From assembly GCF_009914755.1 (NCBI RefSeq), contig NC_060929.1: a stretch of DNA of 64,000 nucleotides; one strand, given 5' to 3'. This DNA comes from the human T2T-CHM13v2.0 reference genome, Homo sapiens. Shown here piece after piece: positions 30,925-47,669 of the stretch (position 1 is its first letter; each line of letters begins with the position of its first letter). The notes under the pieces were generated by a model, which worked only from the letters and a program-made list of their open reading frames with translations, made no database searches and was not told the DNA's origin. Position numbers and translations under genes: made by a program.

Positions 30925-31012
30925 TCTTTTCTTTTTCTGCTTTTTAAAAAGTGAAAGCAAGTTTACTAGCAAAGTAAAGGAATAAAGAATGGCTACTCCA
31001 TAGGCAAAGCAG
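30925..31012 (-). mobile_element. Short MER41-like LTR fragment with an A-rich tail
   Basis: aagtgaaagcaagtttactagcaaagtaaaggaataaagaatggctactccatag closely matches the MER41 LTR at ~62535-62590 in this window; T-rich run immediately to the left. Confidence 0.7.
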
Positions 31013-31134
31013 ACTACAAACCTTATTTTCTGATAAACATTGTGATTTTTTTTTAAAACCAGAGCAACACAGAGCAAAGTGATGCTCTTGGAGGAAAAAA
31101 GGAAAGGACAGTAATTTTCCACAAAAGCAAAACT

Positions 31135-31340
31135 ATATATGTGTGTGTGTGTATGTACATGTACATGTGTGTGTATGTATGTGTATTGTGTAGAGTGTTT
31201 TATATGTTTATGCCACTGTATTTTTTTGAGTATGCTAAGTACCCTGATTTGATCATTATACAACATATATATATCAAAACATCAAATTGTACCCCATAAA
31301 TATATATAATTACAATGTGTTGATAAAAATAAAGAATTTT
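31135..31340 (+). repeat. (TG/TA)n microsatellite followed by an L1MA 3' end
   Basis: gtgtgtgtgtgtatgtac...; tatgctaagtaccctgatttgatcattatacaacat...ttgtaccccataaatata...aaaaataaa. Confidence 0.7.
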
Positions 31341-31838
31341 TTAAAAATATCAATTTGTACAAAGATAATAGATTTCTGGCAGCCTTATGGTATATTAATC
31401 TCAAAATAATTTTATCATAGAATGTAATTATTTCAGTTCTAAAAAAAATGTTAATTTATTGTCTCATTGATCTAATATTGACAGTGGGGTGTTAAAGTCT
31501 CCCATTATTATTGTGCGGGAGTCTAAGTCTCTTTGTAGGTCTCTAAGAACTTGCTTTATGAATCTGGATGCTCCTGTATTGGGTGCATATATATTTAGGA
31601 TAGTTAGCTCTTCTTGTTGCATTGATCCCTTTACCATTATGTAATGCCTTTCTTTGTATTTTTTTATCTTTGTTGGTTTAAAGTCTGTTTTAACAGAGAC
31701 TAGGATTGCAACCCCTGCTTTTTTTGTTGTTTTCAATTTGCTTGGTAAATATTCCCCCATCCCTTTATTTTGAGCCTATGTGTGTCTCTGCATGTGAGAT
31801 GCGTCTCCTGCATACACCACACTGATGGGTCTTGACTC

Positions 31839-32135
31839 TTTTTTTTTTTTTTTTTTTGAGATGGCGTCTTGGTCTGTCACCAGGCTGGAGTACAGTGGCG
31901 TGATCTTGGCTTACTGCAACCTCTGACTCCCTGGTTCAAGTGATTCTCCTGCCTCAGCCTCCCAAGTAACTGGGATTACAGACATGTGCCACCATATCCA
32001 GCTAATTTTTGTATTTTTAGTAGAGATGTGGTTTCATCATGTTAGCCAGGATGGTCTCGATCTCCTGACCTTGTGATCCACCCACCTCAGCTTCCCAAAG
32101 TTCTGGGTTTACAGGCATGAGCTACTGTGCCCAGT
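31839..32135 (-). mobile_element. AluSc-like inserted in L1 ORF2
   Basis: Reverse Alu; TSD ggtctt[g/c]actcttt. Confidence 0.9.
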
Positions 32136-33765
32136 GGTCTTCACTCTTTATCCAATTTGCCAGTCTGTGTCTTTTAATTGGGGCATTTAGCCCATTTACA
32201 TTTAAGGTTAATATTGTTATGTGTGAATTTGATCCTGTCATTATGATGCTAGCTAGTTATTTTGCCTGTTAGTTGATGCAGTTTCTTCATAATGTCGATG
32301 GTCTTTATAATTTGGTATGTTTTTGCAGTGGCTGGTATTGTTGTTTTTTTCTCCCCCCCATATTTAATGCTTCCTTCAGGAGCTCTTGCAAGGCAGGCTT
32401 GGTGGTGACAAAAATCTCTCAGCATTTTTTCCTTCATTTCAACCTTGGTGAATCTGACGATTATATATCTTGGGATTGCTCTTCTTGAAGAGTATCTTTC
32501 TGGTGTTCTCTGTATTCCCTGAACTTGAATGTTGTCCTGTCTTGCTAGGTTGGGCTAGTTCTCCTGGATAATATCCTGAAGAGTGTTTTCCAACTTGGTT
32601 CTATTCTCCCCATCACTTTCAGGTACACCAATCAAACATAGGTTTGGCCTTTTCATGTAGTCCCATATTTCTTGGAGGCTTTGTTCATTCCTTTTCATTC
32701 TTTTTTCTCTAATCTTGTCTTCACGCTTTATTTCATTGAGTTGATCTTCAATCTCTGATACCCTTTCTTCCTTCCACTTGATTGATTTGGCTATTGATAC
32801 TTGTGTATATTTCATGAAGTTCTTGTGCTGTGTTTTTCAGCTCCTTCAGGTCATTTATGTTCTTCTCTAAACTGGTTATTCTCATCAGCAATTCCTCTAA
32901 CCTTTTTTCAAGGGTCTTAGCTACCTTGCATTGGGTTAGAACATGCTTCTTTAGCTCAGAGGAGTTTGTTATTACCCACCTTCTGAAGTCTACTTCTGTC
33001 AATTCATCAAACTCATTCTCCCTCCAGTTTTGTTGCCTTGCTGATGAGGAATTGTGATCCTTTGGAGGAGAAGAGGCATTTTGGTTTTTGGAATTTTCAG
33101 CCTTTTTGAGCTGGTTTTTCCTCATCTTCATGGATTTATCTACCTTTGGTCTTTGATGTTGGTGACCTTTGATGGGGTTTCTGTGTGGACGTCCTTTTTG
33201 TTGATGTTGATGCTATTCCTTTCTGTTTGTTAGTTTTCCTTCTAACAGTCAGGCTCCTCTTCTGTAGGTCTGCTGGAGTTTGCCGGAGGTCCACTTCAGA
33301 CCCTGTTTGCCTAGGTATCACCAGTGGAGGCTGCAGTTTCTTCCTCTGGAAGCTTCATCCCAGAAGGGCACCTGCCAGATGCCAGCTGGAGTTCTCCTGT
33401 ATGAAGTGTCTGTCAGCCCCTGCTGGGAGGTGTCTCTCAGTCATGAGGCATGGGGGTCAGGGACCCACTTGAGAAGGCAGTCTGTCCCTTAGCAGAGCTC
33501 AAGTGCTATGCTGGGAGATCTGCTGCTCTCTTCAAAGCCAGCAGGCTGGAATGTCTAAGTCTGCTGAAGCTGCACCCACAGCAGCCCCTTCCCCCAGGTG
33601 CTCTGTCCCAGGGAGATGGGAGTTTTATTTATAAGCCCCTGACTACCGGCTGCTGCCTTTCTTTCAGAGATGCCCTGCCAGAGAGGAGGAGTCTAGAGAG
33701 GCAGTCTGGCTACAGCGGCTTTGCTGAGCTGCTGTGGGTTCCACCCAGTTCGAACTTCCCAGTGG

Positions 33766-33876
33766 CTTTGTTTAAACTGTGTTTGTGTTTATGCTTTGTT
33801 TACACTGCATTTGTGTTTACACTTTGTTTACACTGTGTTTGTGTTTACACCGTGTTTGTGTTTACACTTTGTTTGC
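33766..33876. repeat. Minisatellite-like expansion of tgtgtttacac in the L1 5' UTR
   Basis: Repeated tttgtttacac / tttgtgtttacac units. Confidence 0.85.
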
Positions 33877-34358
33877 ATGCCCACTCAGGCCTCAGTAATG
33901 GTGGACACCCCTCCTCCCACCAAGCTTGAGCACCCCAGGTGGACTTCAGACTGCTGTGCTGGCAGCAAGAATTTCAAGCCAGTGGATATTAGCTTGCTGG
34001 GCTCTGTGGGGGTGGATCTGCTGAGCTAGACCACTTGGCTCCCTGGCCTCAGCCCCCTTTCCAGGGTAGTGAACAGTTCTCTCTCACTGGTATTCCAGGT
34101 GCCAATGGGGTATGAAAAAAAATCTCCTGCAGCTAGCTTGGTGTTTGCCCAAATGGCCGCCCAGTTTTGTGCTTGAAACCCAGGGCCCTGGTGACATAAG
34201 CACCCAAGGGAATCTCTTGGTCTGCGGGTTGTGAAGACTGTGGGAAAAGCGTAGTATCTGGGCCGGAGTGCACTGTTTCTAATGCCACAGTCCCTCACGG
34301 CTTCCCTTGGCTAGGGAAGGGAGTTCCCCAACCCCTTGTGCTTCCTGGGTGAGGGGAT

Positions 34359-34630
34359 GCCCCACCCTGCTTTGGCTCACCCTCTTTAGGCTGCACCCAC
34401 TATCTAACCAGTCCCAGTGAGGTGAGCCGTGTACCTCAGTTGGAAATGCAGAAATCACCTGCCTTCTGCATTGATCTTGCTGGGAGATGCAGGCCCCACC
34501 CTGCTTTGACTCACCCTCTGTAGGCTGCACCCACTATCTAACCAATCCCAGTGAGGTGAGCCATGTACCTCAGTTGGAAATGCAGAAATCACCTGCCTTC
34601 TGCATTGATCTTGCTGGGAGCTGCAGGCCC
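34359..34630. repeat. 134-bp tandem duplication in the L1 5' UTR
   Basis: Unit starts gccccaccctgcttt at 34359 and 34493; a few substitutions between copies; gccc microhomology. Confidence 0.92.
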
Positions 34631-35388
34631 TAGCTGTTCCTATTTGGCTATCTTGCCCGCAACTACCAATGTATGTTTTATATAGGAATTCTGATTGTCT
34701 CTCACTTTGTTAGCCCATAAAGTCTAGAAATGGGCATTTCTGATATTTCCCATACAAATCTTCAAGTCACTACCCAGAACTGCCATGAAGTTAAGCAATA
34801 CAAATAAGGTAGGCCTGCTGGAGTGCTGCTTGCTAGGGTATGTGATGGGGTGCAGTGAAATGGTCAGGCTTTAACACCAGACAGAATCCTCTGCTGGATT
34901 CCAGGCTCCACCACTTAAAGGGTTTGGCTCTGACCAAATTGCTTAATCTCTCTGAACCTTGATTCTTCCTTTTGTAATACGTGGGAGGAAAAATGACTCT
35001 CAGGGTTATTGTGAGGACTAATCATAATATTTCTGGTATGGTAGGCTGGTAGTTGCAACAAAAGAGCAATTATTATTGCAGTTTGGAGGAGGTAGTTCTC
35101 TCCTTCACAAAATTTTTGCAAACTATAATGTATCTGAAGCTGCTAGTTGCCCGCAATATCCTTTTTCCCCATCTTTCTCTAATAATAAAACAACAACAGT
35201 TTTGGCTGGCAGGTGGCCACCAGCTAAGAACTATATTTCCTTTTTCTCTTGAGGTTGGATGGTCATGTGGCCATGCGGCTAACTGCTGGCCAATGGAATA
35301 TGAGGGGAGGTGCTATATGCAACCTCTGAGTCATGTACTTTAAAGAAAACAACATTTCCTTTCCCATTCCCATAGCACTCATCTTCCC

Positions 35389-35796
35389 TGTTATGGGTTG
35401 AATTGTTAAAGTCCTAACCCCTACTACCTCAGGGTATGACTTTATTTGGAAATAGAGTTGTTACAGATTTAATTAGCTATGCTAAAATAAGGTCATTAGG
35501 GTGGGCCCTAATCCAGTATGACTGAGGTCTTCATATAAAGGGGAATTTTGGACACAGAAATGGACACATGTTGAAAGAAGATGATGTGAAGGGACACTGG
35601 GAGAAGCTGGCCATCAGCCATCCACAAGCCAAGGAGAGAGGTGTGGGACAGAACCCTCCTTCACAGCCCTTAGAAGGAACCAACCCGGTTGATACCTTCA
35701 GACTTCTAGACTCTGAAACCGTGAGACAATAAATTTCTGTTGTTAAGCCACCTAGTTTGTGGTACTTTGTTATGGCAACCCTAGCAAACTCATACA
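35389..35796 (+). mobile_element. MLT1A/B-like solo LTR
   Basis: tgttatgggttgaattg...gggccctaatccagtatgactg...aataaatttctgttgttaagcc...ctagcaaactcataca. Confidence 0.85.
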
Positions 35797-35853
35797 GCAA
35801 GTAAGCCAAGAAGACAGGAGAGTGTCTTTGAGAGGTGGGGTGGGGGGCAGGGG

Positions 35854-35862
35854 GAGAGAGAA

Positions 35863-35912
<50 letters not shown>
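35854..35912. repeat. (GA)n microsatellite
   Basis: Long gagagaga run. Confidence 0.95.
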
Positions 35913-35915
<3 letters not shown>

Positions 35916-36243
35916 CAGTAAGACAAAGTCACAATCTTTTATAATTCATTAAAAAACTGACATCCTCTCACTTTTGCTGTATTTTATTTGTTAGAAGCAA
36001 ATCACTAGGTTCAGCCCACACTCAAGGGAAGGGGATTGCTTAAGGGCCTGAACACTAGAAGGCAGGGATGATTGGGAACCATTTTAGAAGATTCCCCACC
36101 AGGCTCATTAGTTGGTTAATTTCTAGTATACCTAAAGCTGATCTTAAAAAATTGAGACAAAAAGTAGAAACAAATTGAGAAAGTACATTCTTGAAATAAA
36201 CAAAATTGATGTTTCCTGATATGTATGTTATTTTATTTTTTAA

Positions 36244-36555
<312 letters not shown>

Positions 36556-36579
36556 TTGATATATATTTTAAGTGTCCAC

Positions 36580-37080
36580 ATGTGGCAGCTAGACTCCAAA
36601 GATGACCTCCAATGAATCTTACCTCCTGGTATACAGTCCCTTCCCAAATGGAATCTGCCAACTTGTTTTAATTAACTGAATGTGGCACAAGACCTGGCAG
36701 CTTCCATGTTTGTACTTTTGGGAACCCTGAGTCACCATGAAAAAAGTTTGGCTACTCTACTAGAGATAGTATGGGAAGAGACCACATGGAGAGGAAAAGA
36801 CTCTGAGATATGGAGAAAGACTAGATCCTGTGATCCCAGCACCCTGTGGGGCTCAACTTTCCTGTCATCCCCACAAAGTGCTAGATATGGGAGTGCAGCC
36901 ATCTTGGACTTTCCAGTCCCAACCATCTGACTGTACCCACATAAAAGACTTCAAGTGAGACCAGTATAAGAACTGTCCAACTGAGCCCCAGCTAACCCAG
37001 AAAATTTTGAGAAATAATAAATTACTGTTGTTTTAAAGCACTAAATTTTAAGATGGTGAGTTAGACGGCAATATATAATT
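36580..37080 (+). mobile_element. MLT1 LTR remnant
   Basis: tgtggcagctagactccaaagatgacc...gccatcttggac...aataaattactgttgttttaaagcactaaatttt. Confidence 0.7.
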
Positions 37081-37571
37081 CAAATACCAGTTAACGAATA
37101 CATAAACATGTGTTCAGTGCCTCCTCCATGCTATGCTCCTACTTTCTCACACATCATATCGCTTAATCTCTCAACAGTCTTATGAGGTCATGACTACGCA
37201 TATCAATGCACAGACAATCTGTTGTCTCTTGGTGGTTGGCATGATACACCCAGGAATGGAGCAATATTGCAGACATCTAAATTTTATTACTCCTGCTTCT
37301 TCTAATATCTTTACCTGTTTACATACTCAGGAATTTATGGCACCTGGGTTAATAATAAGACAGCTGCCAATGTATTGTGTCCTAGATCACTCAAATGGAT
37401 CAGGATCTCCCTTCTCCTTCTGAGTTATGTTGCACTGGGTCACTGGGTCACTGGGCCACTGGGCTAAGCACCTTCTTGAGAAGGTCTGATTTTCCATTCA
37501 CAGAATATGAATCCCATGTCCTCTGGATGTATTCCAGAGTTCTTTTTCTTCCTTTATCTCTCTTTCTCTCT

Positions 37572-37966
<395 letters not shown>

Positions 37967-38137
37967 TAATTTAGTTGTATAACTACACCTATATCAAGCA
38001 ACAGAACATTACTAGCATCCCCAAATGCCCATCTCTTCCCTCCTTCTAGTCACTACCTTCTCCCCAGAGTAACCATTATCTTAACCAACAGCATAGCTTA
38101 GTTTCACCGGTTTTTGTACTTTATATTTATAGAAACG

Positions 38138-39060
38138 TGTGGAATGGATGATTCCAGCCTCCAAAATTGTCCCCAGTGATCCTCGACTTCTGGTGTTCAT
38201 GCCATTGTGTAGTCCCCACCCACATGGTATCAGATTTGGTCTGTATAACCTACAGAGACAGGATAAGTCACTTCTAATGCTAGGTCATAAAAATTCTGAG
38301 GCTTTCTCCTTTTGCTGTCTCTTGGATCACTTTCTCTGAGGGATTCAGATGCTATGTTGTGAGAATACTCAGACAGCTCATGGAGAGACCCACATGAGGC
38401 CTCCTTCTAACAACATGTGAGTGAGCCATCTGAGAGGGGAATCCTTCAGCCCCAGTCAAGCCTTCAGATGCCTGCTGCCCCTGCAGACATTCTAACTGCA
38501 ACTTCATGAGAGAGCCTGAGCCAAAACCATCCAGCTGAGCCACTCCCAAATTCCTTATCCACAGACACTATGAGATAATAAATATGTGTTGTTTTAAGTC
38601 GCTAAGTTTTGGGGTAACTTATTATACATTAATGGATAACTATCTCAGTCTGTTTATGTTATAAAGGAATAGCTGAGGCTGAGTAATTTATAAAGAAAAG
38701 AGGTTTAGTTGGCTCACCATTTTGCAGGCTGTACAAGAGCACAAGCATCTGCTGCTTTTGAGGATTTCAGGCTGCTTCCACTAATGGTGGAGGGCAAAGG
38801 GGAGCCAGTGTGGATCACATGGTAAGAGAGGAAGCAAGAGAGTGGGGGAGGTGCCAGGCTCTTTTTTTAACAACCTGCTTTCCAGATTAGTAACAGCATG
38901 GGAACTTATTCAGTACCACAAGGATGGCACCAAGCCATTCATGAAGGATCTGCCCTAATGACCCAAACACCTCCCATTGGGCTCCTCCTCCAATATTGGG
39001 GATCTAATTTCAATATGAGTTTTGGGGGGCAAACATAGCTAACTGTAGCAATAACTAATA
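38138..39060. mobile_element. MLT1E/F-like LTR with an MST-like LTR (~38643-39050) at its 3' end, both within an old L1ME
   Basis: ccccagtgatcctcgacttctggtgttcatgcc...aataaatatgtgttgttttaag; gctgaggctgagtaatttataaagaaaagagg...ccctaatgacccaaacacctccc. Confidence 0.7.
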
Positions 39061-39158
39061 CTGGCTCATTTGTATCTGGTCTTGTTCTATCAGCATTATG
39101 CTTGTGAGATACATCTGTATTATTTCATGAGTCGTTGAAGAGGACTCGTGTCCTTTAG

Positions 39159-40426
<1,268 letters not shown>

Positions 40427-41328
40427 CTAACACTTGATATTTTTATCTTTTAAATTTTAGCCCTTCTGATTGGTCCAGGGTAACTCTCCAAGTAAAGAAT
40501 CAACAGGGCATCATCTCCTTTCTTCATCTTTTATAATCTCCAAGGCCACTATGTTCCCACATTCTTTCCAAAACTGACTTTTCTCACAGATTGTGCCATT
40601 TGTCTTCACTGTGGCCTGCGTTTAGCAAAGTTGGTCTTCCAGAAGCCGTTTCTCCTGTCCTACCTACTGTGCAAAGAAGGTTTTTTAACACACTGATGCA
40701 TATAATTATGGCCTGGAAGAAAAATGAGCAGAAATAGAGATATGTCTATCTTATAGACAGGCTGAGGGCATGAAAAGTCTGATATTAGGAAAAGCTTGGA
40801 AACACTGGAGCCCAGTCACACTGGCTTAATTTAACATAGTTTCCTAGGCCAGGTCTTGGCAGAATTTAACCCTCAGTAGCCTTCTCATTTTTCAGTAGAA
40901 GTTGGTCATCTCAAGAGTGCATGACTGCTCTGTGGTGTTTTGTTTTCATTGTAATTGAGCAAATAAGATGTCACTTGCCTACATATATTTATCAATAAAT
41001 ATTTACTGAGTGCCTACCATGTGCTAAACACTGGATGAAGAAAGGAGATGCTGTACTGTTTTGATAAGTTTATATGGAGGTAGAATGGCAAGTATAGAGG
41101 CTGCAATATGCCAGTTAATCAGTTATCTGTCAGGAATAGTGAGGAAGAGCATAAGCATGGCATTAGGATGGAATGAGCTTGGAGTCACCCACATTTACCA
41201 GAGGGAAACAATGATTTTATCATTGTAAAAACAGTGTGCTAGAATTGTCAAAAGAACATCGAATTAGCTATGTAATTGTGAAACATATACCATAGTTCTA
41301 TTTATTCTGTGATAGTATAAAAATTCAA

Positions 41329-41685
<357 letters not shown>

Positions 41686-41754
41686 TCATTCTCTAGTTAA
41701 GCTTCAAAGAATGAGTGAAGCATTTTAGATTGTCTGCTAGCCATCCCAATTTAG

Positions 41755-42115
<361 letters not shown>

Positions 42116-42145
42116 CAATAGTCTTCCTATTAAAAGGAGTAAAAA

Positions 42146-42215
42146 TGCCACTGCACTCCAGCCTGGGGGACAGAGCGAGACTCTGTCTCAAAAAAAAAAA
42201 AAAAAAAAAAAAAAA
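42146..42215 (+). mobile_element. Extremely 5'-truncated Alu (~44 bp plus A-tail)
   Basis: tgccactgcactccagcctgggggacagagcgagactctgtctc plus poly-A; TSD aaaaggagtaaaaa at 42132-42145 and 42212-42225. Confidence 0.9.
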
Positions 42216-42537
42216 GGAGTAAAAACTCATCTACCAATCCAGGGTAGCCAGAAACAGAAGCACCCATCAGAAACAGACAGAAAGCTAAAAAAAAAAAAAA
42301 AAAAAAAAAAAAAGCCATTGCCAACTGATAGAAAAGTCATTGCCCACTTTTAGGGATCTGGAGGCAGACATTTTGAACTCATTTTGAAGGGCACAGCCCT
42401 CCCCAGCAATGCAGTTGACGTGAATGCTGTTACTTAAAAATCTTAGAACTATAAAGAGCTTCATATGCACAAGTGGTCATCTCAAGATTTCAAGTGACTG
42501 ATAAAGGCAAGAATAGTAGGCTATATAAAGAACTTGG

Positions 42538-42892
<355 letters not shown>

Positions 42893-43092
42893 TCACTATC
42901 ACATGGATAATTTCCCTATCTTAAGGTCAACTGATTTGTGACCTTAATTACATTTGCAAAATAACTTCACTGCAGCACCTAGATTGGTGCTTGGGAGGTA
43001 TGTCTATACCAGGGCAGAAAATTTAGGGGTCATCTCAGAATTTTTCCGACTACATTGGTTTTCAATTTTGAAATCTACCTTAGATTCTAGAC

Positions 43093-43280
43093 CAGTTGTT
43101 TTCAACTGGGGTTAGAGGAGATTTTTATACCCCTCCCCAGGGGACATTTGGCAATATCTTCAGACATTTTTGGATGTCATCTGGTGGGTAGAGGCCAGAG
43201 ATACTACTAACCCACCTAGAGTACATGGGAGAGCCCCCCACAACAAAGAATTATCAGCCCAAGATGTCAGTAGTGCCAGG
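43093..43280. mobile_element. MER20 DNA transposon
   Basis: cagttgttttcaactgggg...ccaggggacatttggcaatatct...gcccaagatgtcagtagtgccagg. Confidence 0.8.
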
Positions 43281-43405
43281 ATTGTGAAACCCTGCCCTAA
43301 GCAAAACAGGAAAGACAATTATTACTATAGTGCAGAGTTAGAATTATCAACATCAGATATGTAAATGTAAAAGTATAGCTGATGTGACATAACATAGGAG
43401 GATAG

Positions 43406-43974
43406 TGTCATAAGACCAACAGGTTCATACACCCACTGTGCAGTAACAGACTGATACATTGAGACAGCAGAGTTTGCAGCAGAGAGTTTAATGATTACAT
43501 GGTGCTGAGTCAGGAGGTAGGAGGAGATTCTTAAATCTCTGAAGAGTTCTGGGCTGGGGTTCTGGGAGGCAAGGGGCTGGAAAATTTGGGCCACTGATTG
43601 GTCAGGGTAAGGGAGATTGAATCATTAGGATATGGAAATTGCATTCTTTGATGATTTAGCTTCTGGTAGGGTCCTTCAGACCAGCTGACATCAGTAGTTT
43701 CATCAGTATGCAGGACCTGAAAGAATGTCTCGAAGGGAAAACTTAGCATTTCATAATGTTCAAGCTGTTATCTATAGAGCAGTTAAGGGGAACTATAATC
43801 TTGTAACAGACTCCACATAATTCTGAAGCAATAGCCAAACAACTATGAGGAAGGGGTCAGCAAGCAAAGTGACCTAGTGATTAATGCTGAATGTGGTGCA
43901 AGCTTGGATTATTTATGTTTCTCACCCTCTCTTCTTCTCTGATTAATTTTATAAAGTTTATAGGAACAGTTTCA
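43406..43974 (-). mobile_element. ERV1 (MER4-group) solo LTR
   Basis: Minus strand TGAAACTGTTCCTATAAACTTTATAAAATTAATCAG...GTCTTATGACA with ATTAAA near its 3' end (43487-43492). Confidence 0.75.
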
Positions 43975-44036
43975 ATAGGAGGAAAAGGAAAGGAGTATGG
44001 AGTACTATGTACATCTTACATAAAGCCTAATACGTA

Positions 44037-44367
<331 letters not shown>

Positions 44368-44529
44368 TTAAAAAGACTAATAAATGGAAGACAAGTATAT
44401 TATTGAAAGTTACAGAGATAAAGAAAAATAATTGTAATGAAACATCAAGCACTGGGATGAGGAGAAAGAAGGGAAGAGATAAGCAAAGAAATGATACTTT
44501 AAGCGTTTCATTTGAAATCACAGAAGTAA

Positions 44530-44882
<353 letters not shown>

Positions 44883-44890
44883 TTAAGAAA

Positions 44891-45187
44891 GCTAGGTGCA
44901 GTGGCTCATGCCTGTAATCCTAGCACTTTGGGAGGGTGAGATGGGAGGATCGCTTAAGCCCAGGAGTTCAAGACCAGCCTGGGCAACATAGTGAGACCCT
45001 GTCTCTACAGAAAATAATAATTTTTTAAAAATAGCCAGACATGGTGGCACATGCCTGTAGTCCCAGTTACTAGGGAGGCTGAGGTAAAAGGATTGCTTGA
45101 GCTCAAGAGGTCAAGATTGCAATAAGCCCAGATTGCTCCACTGCACTCCAGCCTGGGCAACAGAGCAAGACCCTGTCTCAAAAAAAA
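44891..45187 (+). mobile_element. AluJ
   Basis: Diverged dimer (gggaggatcgctt, gggcaacatagtgagacc). Confidence 0.88.
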
Positions 45188-45509
45188 GGATTACAAGATG
45201 TTGCCTCAAGGATAGGTCTAGGAGTAGGGAGGATAGGGTGGGAGGATGTTATTTTTATTATAAATTCTGCTGTACTTTTGATTTTTTAAATCGCACACCT
45301 ATATTACTTCAATAAAAATGTAACTTTTCAAAAAGAAAACTTAAAGGATTAACGAGGTGATTTACTCATAATACAGTAACTCATGATATAGTAACAGTAT
45401 TTACTCTTAGTACAATAATAGTACATAGTACAGTAACAGTGATACAATAATGTTTTACTAAGCACATGCAATAACCTGTAAAATGTAATTTCTTTAAGAA
45501 TCTGGTTTT

Positions 45510-45857
<348 letters not shown>

Positions 45858-45971
45858 TCAATTATTTGCGTGGCAGAAAAATCAGTTTTTAAAATATATC
45901 ATGTAAACCTACTGTCATTCATAGCTGCCCAACAATTGTGTAGAATTGCAGATCGATCTAGTAAGAAGAAA

Positions 45972-46175
45972 TAAAATGGAAAATAATTCAAGTTGTTAGT
46001 TGAAAGAATTAGACACCAGTGTTTTGGTATCTTAACTTTTATTAATGTTGGTTATCACGGTTAATTAATTTAAAATGGAAAATAATTCAAGTTGTTAGTT
46101 GAAAGAATTAGACACCAGTGTTTTGGTATCTTAACTTTTATTAATGTTGGTTATCACGGTTAATTAATTTAAAAT
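45972..46175. repeat. Perfect 99-bp tandem duplication of unique AT-rich sequence
   Basis: Unit taaaatggaaaataattc...gttaattaatt starts at 45972 and 46071; taaaat microhomology at 46170-46175. Confidence 0.95.
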
Positions 46176-46220
46176 TGTGGTTTATTAATATTTTAAGTTA
46201 CTCTCATATTATATTTTATT
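46038..46220 (-). terminator. Cluster of four AATAAA signals, candidate CCL28 polyadenylation region
   Basis: tttatt on + at 46038-46043, 46137-46142, 46181-46186 and 46215-46220, ~2.5 kb downstream of the CCL28 stop. Confidence 0.5.
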
Positions 46221-46666
46221 AATTTTTTCTTATTTAAAAAGCTTGTCTCTGCCACTTCCTGTGTGACCTGGGCAAGTCATTTTACCTCTAAGAGCCTCAA
46301 ATTTCCTCATCTATAAAGTGGAAATATAAATACAAAGCTTGCAGAAATGTCAGGAAAATAAATAAATTAAATGCTAAATAGTCAATGAGGGATATTAGGC
46401 AAAGGCCAGTTTTGGTGGCATTTTAACCTATGGAGACTCAGTGCCTCTGTGTGTCCCATTATCACCTCCAAGACATCCTGGCAACACCACCGCTTGGGAC
46501 TAGCCAGCAGGGAGGCCCAGGACACCTGCCACCTGATAAAGTGGCTCCTGCTCTCTATTGGCTTCTTATGAACACTACTGGGCTCTTACCTATCTATCTT
46601 GAAGCCTCTATGGACAAAAAAGAGGCCAAAAGAGGAATGGCACAATGGTATCAACTCAAACGTGTG

Positions 46667-47002
<336 letters not shown>

Positions 47003-47304
47003 CTAAAAGATGTAGGCTCCTTGTTTAGGCAGAGCGTAAAATCACCACACAGAAGGCCGAACTCTGGGCCCCTAACTAGTGCTGCTCCAAGAACTGACTG
47101 GGGGAGGCAAAAGGTTCTGGGCAGAAAGGCAGGCTTTTTGTTCTTTTCAGTATCAGAAAATTTCAATCCAAACAACGGTAGCTACTCAAACTAGACGTTT
47201 TGAAGTTATATTTAGTTTAAACTATTCTATTTAGAAAATAAACCCTAATATTTATGAACTCTAAATGACAAAATAAGTACACGAATTCACGTAGGAAATT
47301 CTTA

Positions 47305-47667
<363 letters not shown>

Positions 47668-47669
47668 GA

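Larger units (their letters stand above)
31460..34660 (-). mobile_element. L1PA7/8-like element: 5' UTR, ORF1 and start of ORF2 only (3' part missing)
   Basis: 5' end gcgggcaagatagccaaataggaacagc near 34660; ORF1 peptides 32555-33131; endonuclease peptide ending [12 protein letters not shown] at ~31464; internal deletions near 32425 and 33337. Confidence 0.92.

Noticed and set aside
42287-42313. Orphan poly-A run as a tail-only insertion
   Set aside because: No convincing TSD; could be simple homopolymer expansion.
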